Of a stretch of 42,522 nucleotides of DNA, positions 1-12,900 are shown one piece after another. Position numbers and translations under genes: made by a program. Within the stretch, counting starts at the first letter, position 1. Every line of letters begins with the position of its first letter. The stretch is from Rhizaria sp. SCN 62-66 (lineage: Eukaryota). The stretch lies in contig MEDY01000367.1 of NCBI GenBank assembly GCA_001724265.1, forward strand, positions 1-42,522, given 5' to 3'. Below the pieces are notes generated by a model. The model ran no database searches, was not told the origin of the DNA, and saw only the letters and a program-made list of their open reading frames with translations.

Positions 1-759
1 CAATTTATTCAAACAACAATCGGACGACGTTTAAAAAACCGTAAAAATCAACCACTATCTCTATAATTTTCGCTCACTATCTGTATAATCGACTGTACAT
101 CATATTTGTATGCTTCGTTTAGAATCAAATTTAAATAAAAATATAAATATTGCGAAGAGAAATCGTCTTGAACAGATCAGTCCCAGTCAAAGCCTGCGGC
201 TTAAGTTCATCCCCTGCTCACGGTCATTCCGACCGCAGACTGGACCGACGATTTGACCGACCGCCAGCTGACCGAGACTGACCAACCGAACGAGTGCAGA
301 GACGAGCTCGAGAGGGATGAGTTGGGGGGATGTTGGGGGAACTTTTGCTCGGCCGGACGATCGTTGTTGGCGGTGTGGAAAAAAGAATGCCGGTTTTTTT
401 TGTTGCCGGTCAATGTGAGAGACATGTTAAAGCGGGCGGCGACGAAGCAAAGATGGTCTTTAAGCCCTCTTTTTCGTCGCGACAAGAGGCGCTGTCCGCG
501 GTGCCACTTTTCGGCCGCAGTCTCTCTCTCCCCGTAATCATCACTGCAACGCATCTCATTGTTTCCGCTCATTCTCATTCTTGTGATCTCTCGAATCTTT
601 TTTGTTTCTTCACATCCCACATAGCCCTTTCAACTTCTTTCGGGTGTTCCGACTCGCTATTCGACCCGACCGCAGTCGTCTTTCGTTCCTTCCCCAACCC
701 CCGCTTCCCCCCCTTTGCGCGTACGGCTTCCCCCCGCTCCTCGTTTCCGACCCGCGCTG

Positions 760-2259
760 ATGCAGAAGGCCACGAGCACGCTTAGCGTGTCCTCCGTCTA
801 CCCCGACGTCAACCACCCCAACAACCGCGAGGATTGGGACTACGAGTCCTACCAGCCTGTCTGGCGTGACCAGGTATGTCTCCTTTCTACACCACAACAA
901 TGCAAAGATGCTGCATTTTGAGTCAAATTTTCGATATTTGCATTCTACTTTTTGTCGTCTCTCTTTCTCTTAAATGTGTTTTTCTCACAACCTCTTCTTC
1001 TCCACCGATCGCTCTCCCGCGCTTGTCCATATCCTTGTCTTTACCCCTCTTCGCATACGTTTTCCCGTTCCTTTGCTCTTGACTTCCCTCTTTGTCACCA
1101 CTCAGGACGACTATGAGGTGATCCGCTCCCTGGGCCGCGGCAAGTACTCCGAAGTCTTCCTCGGCGTCAACGTCGTGACCAACGCCAACGTCGTCATCAA
1201 GATCCTCAAGCCCGTCAAGCGCAAGAAGATTCGCCGTGAGATCAAGATCCTCCAGCACATCAACGGCGGGCCCAACATCATCCGCCTCGAAGACACGGTC
1301 AAGGACCCGATGTCCAAGACCTGCTCGCTCATCTTCGAGCACGTCGACGCGCAGGACTTCAAGCTCATGTACCCGCAGCTCACTGATATGGACGTGCGCT
1401 ACTACATGTTCCAGCTGCTTCGTGGACTCGACTACGCGCACTCGCGCGGCGTGATGCACCGCGACATCAAGCCCCATAACGTCATGATCGACCATAACCG
1501 CCGCTCGCTGCGCATCATCGACTGGGGACTGGCCGAGTTTTACCACGCTCGCACTGACTACAACGTGCGCGTCGCGTCGCGCTACTTCAAGGGCCCCGAG
1601 CTGCTGGTTGACATGCGCTACTATGACTACTCGCTCGATCTCTGGTCCTTCGGCTGCATGTTCGCCGGCATCATCTTCATCCTCCACCCGCTCTTCCACG
1701 GTCGCGACAACAACGACCAGCTCGTGCGCATCGTCAAGGTCCTCGGCTCCAAGGCCCTCTACGACTACGTCGCCAAGTACAAGCTCACGCTCGACCCCGC
1801 GCTTGCGCGTCTCATCCAGACGTGCCCCGCGCGCGACTTCTCCGCCTTTGTCACCGACGTACGTCTAACTTATTGAAACAAAACTGAAACAAAACAAAAC
1901 AAAAACGTAGTTGCTTCAATTTGGATCGTACTTTGCATATTTTGCTTTATACTTACACAATGTTGTTGTTCTGTTCTTTAATTGCTCTTTTGCTATTATA
2001 GGCGAACAAGCACCTGGCTAAGGCGGACGCTTTGGACCTGCTGTCCAAGGTTCTCGTGATGGACCACCAAGACCGTCTGACGGCCAAGCAGGCGATGGCG
2101 CACGCCTACTTCGATCCCGTGCGCGCAGAGATCGAGCAGCAGATCAAAGAGGAGGAGGCCGCCAAGGCCGTCGCCGCCTCCGCTGCCGCCGCCGCCGCTG
2201 CTGCTGCTGCTGGCTCCGCCGCCGCGACCGCTGATGCGGGTGGCAAGCGTATGGAGTAA
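760..2259 (+). CDS. CK2A: Protein kinase CK2 (casein kinase II) catalytic alpha subunit; exons 760-873, 1106-1858, 2002-2259; ~374 aa; ends in TAA
   Basis: Spliced translation gives the CK2-diagnostic motifs [76 protein letters not shown] and [17 protein letters not shown]. Both GT-AG introns are phase 0 and restore the frame. The ATG at 760 is likely, but a further 5' exon is not excluded. Confidence 0.96.
874..1105 (+). other. Spliceosomal intron 1 of CK2 alpha (232 nt)
   Basis: GTATGT...CTCAG, pyrimidine-rich; joins WRDQ|DDYEV, matching CK2 consensus. Confidence 0.93.
1859..2001 (+). other. Spliceosomal intron 2 of CK2 alpha (143 nt)
   Basis: GTACGT...TATAG, AT-rich; joins FVTD|ANKHL in frame. 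Confidence 0.93.
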
Positions 2260-2762
2260 GCAAGCTTGCGAGAAGCAAATAAGGGAGTCTTTTGTGGGGA
2301 TAGGAAGCGGAGAAGGAAGGGAAAGATAGCATACACTCGTTATGAGATGAAACAACGCGAATGAAGCAATTAAGTACACTCTCAGATGGCGTCAAGCGAT
2401 GAGATATGCTTGGTTCGGCGTGTCACCTACGCAAGTGTATGAGGGAGGGGTTAGAAGATAATATACAACAATGTGTAAGAATAAATAAATTGTTTTATTA
2501 TAATATAGCATGTCTCAAACAATATATTTCTTTTTCGACTGTGAACATAAATATCTTGCTCTCCTAGGACACGTGTATGGATGAAATCTGGCGTCTACGC
2601 CAGTGGTGCTCACGGTCACCGTAGCTGCACAGCGGCCGAGTCTGTCGTTGGTCGGTTTGAAGAGAAACTGCTGTCGAACAAAAGTTGTTTCGAGGCACCT
2701 TTGTACATCGTTGAACAGACACACCACGCAAACCTCGTACGAGCAGTGTTGTTTAGTTCAAA

Positions 2763-5700
2763 ATGGCCGATGAGCAACGGCTGAAATACCCGAGGTTGAA
2801 TCTCAATATCGACGCTCATAACCAGCCTCTCTCCGAGGGCAGTCTTCTTCGGTACGTGTCCCATTTCCCCCGTCCCAACGGCCCGCTACAACCTCTTCTT
2901 GAAACGATACCAATGTAAACTACGTTATCCACAATGTATATATCAACAGGCTTTGCTTTTTAGCTCTCTTGCCCCTTTATTCCCCCGCGCTCATATGCTT
3001 TTTGGGCACTCCCTTCGTCTTCCTTGCCGTTTTTCTGGCAACTCTCTCTCGCGCTCGGCTCCGTTCTCTGCTGCGCACATGCGTACCTCTCTGTCTGTAG
3101 TGACTCGCGTCCCCTGGACCAGTATGCGTTTGACGTCACGCACCTCGTGCTGCGCTGGCTTCAGTTCCAAGGCATCCTGTGGCTGCTGGGCGTGTCCTAC
3201 CCCTGGCCCAAGGGCTGGCTCGACGCTACCTCTTGGTCGCTCTTCGCCAACCTGGACTTCTACTCCTTCTTCATGTACCATGGCACGGGCTACATGTCCC
3301 GCTTTGCCCACACTATCATCATCTTCCTGATTTTCCCCGTTCTCTCGGCGGTGTTTTACCTCGTCTTCAAGCTCCTCCCGCGCGACGAGCACACCAACGA
3401 GATGAAATCCTACCACCGCGGCTTCTACAACCTGGTTCTGCTGTGCGCGCAGCTTTTCTACATGCCGCTTGCGCTCGCCTTCTTTCGCGCCTTTATCTGC
3501 ACCGATGTCGCCGCGCTCGTCGACTCCTCGGCCGTGTCTGCCCCGACGCAGTGCAACACGTCGAACCACTACGCTCTCATCGCCCTAGCCATCGTGCTCG
3601 GCCTTCCCTTTCTCCTGGGCGTCCCCGCGCTGCTCTACCGCGCCGTCTCCAAGCGCCTTATTGTCTCTGACGCCTTTTTGCACGAGCGCTATCTTGTCGC
3701 GCGTGAAACCGAGTTCGCGCTCGGCCTCAACGACCTATACCTGCGCCATCGCATCCCGCTCTTCGTGTCGTACACGCGCCTCTGGGCGCACTTCCGCGCC
3801 GTCGACTGTGTCCAGTGCCTCTTCTACGCCGCTTTCGCCGTGCTGCTGGGCCCCGCCAACGCGCCCAGCGTCAGCATCCGCCCCATTTGCGCGTTGCTCG
3901 TGCTGCTCACCAACGTCTTCCCCTGGGCCGCGCGCATCCTCATCCGCCCCACGTACCGCATGTCGCTCTGCAACGCGATGCAGCACGTTGCCGACCTCTC
4001 CGTCTTTGTCACCGCCGTCATTGCACTCGTCACTGCGGGCAACCCTACCGCGATCCTCGCCTCCGTCGCGCGCATTGTCCCGCCGCTGGGCCTCTTCAAC
4101 GGCGCCGCGCTACTTATCCTGCTGCTCGCTGCGATCGTCGGCGCCGCCACGCACGTGTGGCCGACCTCCGAGGCCGACGTGCTCGACATCTGCGTCGCCA
4201 ACTCGGCGCTGCTCATGGCGCTCGACGCCGCACAGGCGCTGCAGCAGGAGGCCCTCTTCGCTCCGGCCGAGTTCTTCCCCAAATACAAGATCAAGGAGAT
4301 CGTCGCCCTGCTCAAGCAGTACCACGGCGACTTCACCGCTAAGCTCGCCCGCGCGCGCCGCGGCCACGAGCGGCTGCCGATCGTTCGTTTTGCGCGCCGT
4401 GAGCTCGCGCTTGACCCTGCCCGCGCCATCGAGCTCAACACGCAGCGCCGCGACATCGCCGTGTCACTGCTGTGGACCGTCGAGGACACGATCGAGGACC
4501 TGGTGCACCTCTACGGCGCGCTGCGCCACACGTTGTCTGCGTTCGACGAAGAGGGCGGCACGCAGTCAGAGCGCTTCCAGCGCATGCGCGAATGCCTCCG
4601 CGGGCTAGGCCGGTCGCTGCGCCAGAAGGCCGCCGACCGCATCCTCATGCACCCCGAGAAGCACATGCTGATCCGCAAGCTGCTGATCCTGCGCACGCTC
4701 GTCGGCAACGAGTTCATCAACAGCACGGCGCAGTCGCGGCGCTTCCAGCCCATCCCGGCCAAGACCGTCGCCGTGCTGCCCGCCAACGTCCCCGGACACG
4801 TCAACCCTGGCGTCAACGGCAACGGCGCTAACAACAACAGTAGCGGCGGCTTCAGCGGCAGCGCGGGGGGTGTGATGGGCTCCGAGTCAGGGCTTGTGTC
4901 CGTCGCGGCCCGCAGCGCGTCGCCCGGCGCGGCGGGCCCGTCGCCGCCCTCGACCGCGGGGTCGGCGTACCGCAACAACAGCCAGCGGGACCACGGCGAC
5001 GGCGAGCTCTCGCTCTTCGTCAACAGCAACAACAACAACAACAACGGCAGCAGTGGCAGTGTGGCCGTGGATGACGGCAGCGTCGGCGGCCGCGTCGGCA
5101 GCGCGGCGGGCTCCCAGCGCCACCAGCAGCATCAGCCACAGCAGCCGATGGAGCACAAGCACGCAGGCGCCGCCTCCCCCGTCGCCGCCAACGGCGCCAA
5201 CGACGACGACGATGATGACGGTGACGAGGATGAGGACGGGGACGACGCGGCCGCTGTGACGGTGGTGGCGTCTTCAGTCGCCGGATCCAGCCGTCCCGCT
5301 ACCGCGGCCGCCACTGCCAGCCGTCCTGGCACTGCTGCCGCCGCCGCCACCGCCGCTGGCTCTAAGGCTAGCGACAAGGATGACGACGACGACGAGGAGG
5401 ACGGCGAGGTTGATGTTGCTGTTAACACTGGCCCCGGCTCCGGCTCCGGCTCCGCTGCTGGCTCCGCTGCCGGCTCCCGCGCCGGGTCTCGTCCTGGCAC
5501 TGCGGGCCTACTCGCCGCCAACAACAACGGCGGCAGCAGCAGCAGCCGCGCTAACAGCCGTCCCGGCACCAGCGGCAGCGCCAACAGCCGCCCGGGCACC
5601 AGTGGCAGCGCTGCAGCCGCTCCGCCTGCTGCCGCCACTGACGACGGCGACGACGACGATGATGAGAACGACGAGGAGGAGGCTGAGGCGACCGGGGCTG

Positions 5701-5855
5701 ACGCTGCTGCCGAGGCTGAGGCCAAGCCCTTTTCTGAAGACAGCAACAGCGATGACGACAACGTTAATGCCCCTCTCGTGTCCGCCGCTGCCCCCGCCGC
5801 TGACGTTGACGCTGAGGCCGAGATTGACGTTGATGCTGACGAGGAGGAGGATTGA
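2763..5855 (+). CDS. Uncharacterised multi-pass membrane protein with long acidic/low-complexity C-terminal tail; exons 2763-2851 and 3101-5855; ~947 aa; ends in TGA
   Basis: ATG at 2763 (MADEQRLKYPRLNL...) splices through a phase-2 intron (CG|T = Arg) into the long ORF. Several hydrophobic segments lie in the N-terminal ~400 aa, followed by a helical region and then an Asp/Glu/Ala/Ser/Gly-rich tail. Strong C/G third-position bias. Confidence 0.85.
2852..3100 (+). other. Spliceosomal intron of the membrane-protein gene (249 nt)
   Basis: GTACGT...CTGTAG, pyrimidine-rich; phase matches both flanking exons. Confidence 0.82.
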
Positions 5856-6970
5856 ACACTGTCGTAAACTAGTGAGCTGATTCACCTCCCTTTGCTGTTT
5901 TTCCTCATTTTTTTTTGTTGATCAGCCTACTATTAAATACGTTTAATTGTACATCTGTAGCTACATATTCTGTTTTCTATATCACTCAACGTAACACGTC
6001 ATCATCTGTGCTTAGTTGATGTCTGCAACTGCTGTGTAAGCTGTTGCAGACAACACGACTGGTGTCTTCTGTATTCACGGGTGTCATGTGTACTCGTAAC
6101 GCAGTCACTGCTGCTGTGTAGTATTACGACCACACGCACACACGACAACAACAACTGCTACTGTGTGTTGCAATGGAGCGAAGGTCATTGTTCAGGCCAA
6201 GGTGACTGAAACAAGCATGATAGATAGGAGGAAATATAACGACTCATACGATTGAAACGTGAATCGAAACAACAAATACAAGCTAAACACTATTATAATA
6301 CCCCGATTCTGTGGCAATAACGCTTGATCTATGCAGTCAAAAGTGGCTGTAATCGCTCCCACCACAAGCAGCTTTGTTGGTGGTGGGTGACGCGAGGCTG
6401 GGAGCGAGGCAGAGCAAATGACTGTTAGGGGGGTGACGAGCCGTCCGGGAACGTGGAATTCACCGCTTTATGAGGGGCTAATCGTGCATATTTCAGGTAT
6501 TATCTTAATCCTATGGGTGTAGTACCTATGTATCGAAATGATGTTTAAAGTTGTCTTGTTTCTGACTCTCTGGAAGTCTCGGAGTTCGGGGACAGTGCGC
6601 TTGGTGGGAACCAACATCCGGTCTCGTTCGGGACAGTATTACTCCGTAGTATCGACTTATTTCGCAGATACAATTGAAGAATCAGTTTATCCTTGATTTG
6701 TTCTAACATAATCTTGTTGTTTAAAGTCTCAGTCAGTCGTACGACTCTGTGCCGAGTGCATTTTCGACTGCGAAGACGTCTCCTCACCTCTCGCGCACCC
6801 TTCTTTTTTCCTGCTCCTCCCGTGTCACGCATAGCTTTTTTCTTCTTACTTCAAGACTGAAGCCGCCTACGAGCCCTTCTGCCAGACTCGAACCCCACAC
6901 AGACTCAGTCTCCGCGCCTCACCAGCCCCATCTGCAGTCCGCCGCAGCCGCAGCGCCGCCGCCGCCGCCC

Positions 6971-9900
6971 ATGTCTGCCCCGTCGCAGCAGCAGCAGCGC
7001 CGCCCCGCGCCTGCCTCTGCCTTTCCAGCTTCATCGTCCTCCTTGCCCGCAGCCTCCCCGCGCGCCCCGCCAGGCGCCGCTGCCGGCGCCTCTGATTCTG
7101 ACGCGAAAGATGAGCCGTTGTACCTCAACCGGCCCGCGAGCGAGGGCGAGCCCGCGTCGTTCTGGGACGACATCCTCTTCTCCTACACCACCACGATCAT
7201 CGACAAGGCCGCCACGCGTACGCTCGAAGAGGATGACATGCTGCCGACGCGCCGACGCGACGAGTCGATGCTGCACGTCAACGAGCTCTCGGCGCAGTGG
7301 CGCTCCCGCGCCAGAGACCGCCGTAGGGACGACTTCGCGCGCGCCCTCGCCGTCGCGGAGGACGACATCTTACGGACACGCGCCGCCGACGCCGCCGACG
7401 CTGCGGCTGCTGCGGCCGCGGCCGCCGACGCCGCCGCGGGGCCCGGGCACAAGGACGGGCACGCGCGCTTCGTCGACGAGCCCGACTCGCCACACTACTA
7501 TCGCCATAACAGCGCTAACCCTCAGCGCCAACAGCAGCTACAGCAACAGCAACAGCAGGCTGTGTCGTCGTCGTCGTCCTTGGCGGCGTCGCCGTCGCCG
7601 CGCGGCCGCCTGCCCTCGCTGCCGGCGCCCATGGGAGTCTCCTCTTCACAATCCCAACTGCACCTGCACTCGCAGTCTCGGTCTCGCCTGAGCACGACCG
7701 CGGCCAGAGAGGAGCAGGCGCTCGCCAGTCTCTCGGCGCTCGCCCCGCCCAGCGGCGGCAACAACAACGCTCATGTCCACTTGGACGACTACTACAGCGC
7801 CAATAACGACGACGCCACCGTGCCCAGCGACCGCTACGACGGTCGCCCCAAGAACGGCGAGTTGCAAGATGACGAGGAAGACGATCAAGAGGCCGACGAA
7901 CTCCGTCTCCAGAACCTCTGGGGCGGCGCTCGCCTGCGCCGCCTGGGCCCGCCGCCGCTGGGCTTCCCAGTCTGGTCCGTGCCGGAGTCCTACGCCGGGG
8001 GCCGCCCGCGGCTGTACTTCAAACACAAGATCCTCGCCAAGGCCGCCGCGCAGGCGCACTTGCAGGCCCTGAGCGGCGTTGACGTCCCCACCGACGACGC
8101 CGAGGCCGTCGCCGCCGTCGCCGCCGCTGCTGCGGCCGCTGCGGAAGAGGGCGAGGATGACAGCGCTCTGAGCGTCGAGGAGAAGGCTGCGAAGCGCGAG
8201 ACGGCGATCGCGACCCGCTTGGCCAAAGCGGCCGACACCGAGGGCGACTGCGACGAGTCCGCCGCGGCCTCGCTCGCGCGGCTGGAGGCGCCCGGGACGC
8301 TGCTGCGGGCGATCCTGGCCACGTTTAAGTCGCAGCTAGCGTGGCTGGCGCTGATCATGCTGACCGAGTCGACGCTGCGGCTGACCCAGCCTCTCATGAT
8401 CCGCGAGCTCGTCTCGACGATCAAGAGCTACAACGACGACCATGGGTCCGCGGACGCCAATGCTGACGCGCGCGCCAACTCCGTCCAGCGCGGTCTGTTC
8501 TTCGCGTTCTTGCTCTCAATCTCGTCCTTCATGCTCGTGATCCTGCACCACAATTTCTTCCAACACGGCCAGTTCATGGGCGCCCGCGTACGGCAAACGC
8601 TCATGGCGATGATCCACCGCAAGTCGCTGCGCCTCCACCCGGCGGCGCTGACGCTCACGTCGCCCGGGCAGATCGCAAACATGATCTCGTCGGATCTGCA
8701 GCGCTTCGAGCGCTGGGGACCGTTCTCGCACGTGCTGTGGCAGGCGCCGCTGCAGGCCTTTCTGCTCTCGCTCCTCCTCGTCGGACAGGTACGCTTCATA
8801 TGAAATATCCACATGCTTGAAATAACATTTCTAAGTTTTATATATTCAATTGTACACTCGTGTTCCTCTTTTATTTGTCGATCTCCTTCTTCATTTTTGT
8901 ATTCTCGATCTTCTTCTCATGTTTTCCCTCTTCGGTCTCTTTGCGCTCGCTTTTGTCGTCGCTCGCCTTCCGCTTCAGGTCGGCGTCTACCCGACGCTGG
9001 CCGCGATGTCCGTGCTGGCGCTGCTGATGCCGCTGCAGCTCTTTATCGGCCGCGCCTTCGGCCGCATCCGCTCCACAGTCGCGCGCGTCACCGACACCCG
9101 CATCCGTCTCCTCCGCGAGAGCATCTTCGGCGCGCGCGTGATGAAGCAGTACGCGTGGGAGGACGCGTACTTGACCAAGATCGCCGCCGTGCGCGCCAAG
9201 GAGATCGGTATCATCGTCAGCGGCGCCGGGATGAAGGCCGTCAACATCGGCCTCTTCATGTCCTCCAACACGCTCATCGTGCTCGCCACCGTTATCACGC
9301 ACAAGTTCACCGGGGGAGACATGACTGCGGAGACCATTTTTTCGGTCCTGTCGCTCCTTGCCGTCGCGCGCAAGGACCTCTCGCTGCGCTTCGCCAACTG
9401 CATCGAGGTCAGCAACGAGTGCTGGGTCGCTCTGCGCCGCGTCTCGGCCTTCCTGCGCCTCCAAGAGGTCGAATCCAGCGACCTGGACAACGACGCCGTT
9501 GCCGCTGCGGCGCTGGACGGCACCTCGACCGCCGTGGCCTCCGCTGCGGCCGCCGCACGGCGATCGCACGCGCTGGCGACCGCGCGCGCGGCCCGCACCG
9601 CTCGCAGCTACGCGCGGCTTGCCGAGCACCACCACAGGGGCGACGCCGCCGACTACTACTACGACGACGGCGAGGAGGACTCCGCGCTCGCGGCCGTTGC
9701 GGCCGCCGCGGACGAGGAAGACGGCGCCGCCGCCGCCGTGGTGACCGCCACGGGCCAGGTCGCGCCTGGCATCGCGCTCATCCCGATCATCTTGGAGGCG
9801 TTGCTGCCGGGTCCGCCGTTCGACGCCGAGGACGAGCAGGGCACGTTGTCCCTCTCCTCAGCCTCCGCGGCGTCCGCCAACGCGGCCAACGCGACGTCGC

Positions 9901-12900
9901 TGCTATCGCACTCAGCGCGCAACAGCAACAACAGAAACGGCAACGCCGTGCAGCGCCGGGGCAATAACAACGCTGTTGTTGGGCAGCCGCGCCACGGCCA
10001 GAACCAGCAGCAGACGCGGGCTAACAACGCGGCCGGCAACGGCAACGGCAGCGGTGCGGCTGTGAGCACGCGGTTCGGCAACGTGACCGACTCGAGCACC
10101 GTCGTCCGCCGCGCCCGGCTCCGGCCCTCGCAGGCCGGGCTCGCGCAGGAGCAGGGCAAGAAGACTCAGTCTCAGGCCCAACAGGGCCAGGGACCACTGG
10201 CGCCCCCGCATCCGGTCCCCGAGCCCAGTCAACCCAACGCCAGTACTGATGCTGACGGCGCTGGCAACACGGACGGGGACGGGAATGCTGTGAACAGTGA
10301 CGCCGACGCCTACAGCGAGGCCGAGGCCGAGGCGGGGGTCGTTGACCTCAACGCCTACTCGTACACCGGCACCGGCAACGACTATATCAACGGTAGCAAC
10401 AACAACAACAGCAACAACGATGAAAGCGCGAACACGGTTGACTTTAACGCTGATGAGCCGTTCATGAATGCGAATAACGAGACTGCTAATGGTGGTGGTG
10501 ATGTCGTTGACTTTGACCTCAACAGCCTGATGAACTTCACCAACGACGTCAACAACGCCGCCGTTAACAACAACTCCACTGGCGGTGGCTTTGACATCGA
10601 CCTCGATTTCTTCTCGAATAGCAACAACGCCAACGCAACGGCGACTGCAAACCCTGTTGCTGCTGTTGCTGCTGCTGCTGACGATCTGCCGATCGCCTCA
10701 GACCTCTCTGTCTCTGAGGTCGATTTCGGTCTGGCCCCGGCCCCCGAGCTCCGCATCGACGACTCTGAGCACTCGCCTGTGGAGCCCGCGGCGGCGGCGA
10801 CTGGCGCGCTGCCTCTGGTCGCTGAGAACACTGCGGAGGTCGCTGCGCCCTTTGCTGACGTGTCACTGGGCTCCCAGCCCGCCACGGCGATCCCTCTGGT
10901 CGACGTCTCTCTGGCGGATATTCCTCTGGCTGATGGTCCCATCGTCGATGTTCCCATTGTCGATGTGCCTATTATTGACGTGCCTATTGTCGATGTGCCT
11001 GTTGTCGATGTGCCTCTGGGCGCTGAGTCCTTGGCTGACGTCCCCCTTGACTCCGACTTCCAGTCCCAGTCTCAGTCACTTTCACATGCCCAGGCCCAGG
11101 CCCAGTCAGACTACGCGACGACCCCCGTGGCCGCTGCTGCGCTTGCACCAGAGCACGAGCAGGAGCAGGAGCAAGAGCAGGATCAGTGGCAGCACATCAA
11201 CGCCGAGGCCGAGGTCGATGCCGAGCCGCCGCTGCAGTACGCGACTGTGATGTCACCCACCTCGAGCGTCGGGCTGGGCTTCGACCTGGGCAGCCGCGGC
11301 GACGGCGACGGCGGCGGCGACGGCGACGCGCACGACGCAATGGAGGTGGAGCTGGCCGGCACAGAGCTGGACCACAGCCACATCAGCAACAACAACAACA
11401 ATGCTGCTGTCTCGGCGGCGGCTGCGACTGCTCACGGTCACTCTGCCCACGGTCGCAATGACCACAGTCGCTACGTCAGTCAGGAGAACGCGCACGGGCT
11501 GGAGCTCACCAACCACGGCCTCGGCCCCAACAACAATAACAACAACAACGAGACTGGCGTGAATGACAACAACGGGTACGTCATCGGCGACATTAACGAC
11601 GTCGACCTCAGCAATGTCAGCGCCTCCGTTCCTGTCACAGACGAGCCTGAAGCTGCCCACGGTCACTCCGCGACTACTGCTGATCACACCGTCGCTGGCG
11701 CCGCTGTGGTGACTCGCGGTGGCGGTGGCGGTCCAGACGACTGGGCTGCTGCGGTGCTGAGCAGCTATCCTGAGAACAGCAGCGTCAACAACAGCATGGT
11801 AAGCTACACCGCCGTCCTCCCCGGCCACAGCCAGCACGATAACACCGCAGTGAACAACAACGGCAGCAACAACAACAACGCGGTCAACGTGACTCAGGCG
11901 ACCGCCGCGACCGCCAGCGGCAGCTATAACAACGACGACAGCTACAACTACCACGCTGACCCCGAGCACGACGAGGACTACAACTACACGCAGTACGACG
12001 AGGACGACTCCGCGCTCGTCGACACCACCGCGGCGGCCGCTGCCGCTGCCGCCGCGGGCGGTGATGTGCCGCCGGTGGTGGTGGCCGGGGCCGTTGACGC
12101 CACACGCACCGCGTTCCTGCCGCCCAGTCGCACTGCCACCGCTGTCTCTCCCCAGCCCCTGCCCCAGCCCCAGTCTGGTATGGCGACTGCGGCGACTGCA
12201 GCGCCCACGCAGCAGCAGCAAGGGCAGGTCGGTGCGTTGCAGTTGAGCGACGTGGACCTCAGCGTCACGCCGATCAAGACGCCCGCGGCCAACGCCGTCA
12301 GTGACGTCAGCTTCGGCAACAGCAACTCGTTCGACGAGACGCCCGAAGTGCACATCTTCAGCCCGCATGCCGAGAACACCGGCTACGGCAACGGGACTGT
12401 GAATGACAACGGCGCAGACAACAGTGCGACCGTCACGCCCCGCAGCACGCGCGCGATCAACCACCGCCAGGCGTCGTTCTGGCAGCCGCCCACCGAGGCC
12501 ACGCTCGCCATCCCCACCTCCTCGAGAGGCAGCAACGCGACCAACGCCAACATTACCAGTCCCTACGCGGTGAACAGCAGCGCCCGCGCCTCGCCGGGCG
12601 CCACTACGACGACGCTGTCCGCCCCCGCTCCGCTCACGAGCGCCGCGGCCGCCAACTCCAGCAACAACAACAGCCCCGCGACCGCGACCGGCGCGGCTGC
12701 CGCTGCGACTGCTAGTGCTCGCCCACCGTCTTTGTTCCCCGCGCTGTCCCTCACTGGCACCGGCAACGGCAGTGCGCCAGTGCCGCCGCCGACGATGCGC
12801 AATCGTGCGCCCTCGGTGGTGGCCTCCGCCGTGGGGGCCGCCGCGCGCGCGACGGCGTTCGTGGTCACGGGCCTGCGCCGACGCCTGAGCAGCATCGGCG

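Noticed and set aside
974-1105. N-terminal extensions of the ORF-track calls at 974, 3024, 8850 and 18462
   Set aside because: These are intron sequences that happen to be open in frame; splice sites explain them.
2588-2603. 7-bp perfect inverted repeat CTGGCGT-CT-ACGCCAG upstream of the membrane-protein gene
   Set aside because: Too short to distinguish from chance.
760-5855. Functional linkage between CK2 and the neighbouring protein rich in CK2 sites
   Set aside because: Acidic Ser tracts are common in all proteins here, and adjacency in a eukaryote is not evidence of linkage.
10890-11024. CRISPR-like or mobile-element repeat
   Set aside because: Tandem coding minisatellite without spacers; no transposase, reverse transcriptase, terminal repeats or cas genes in the window.
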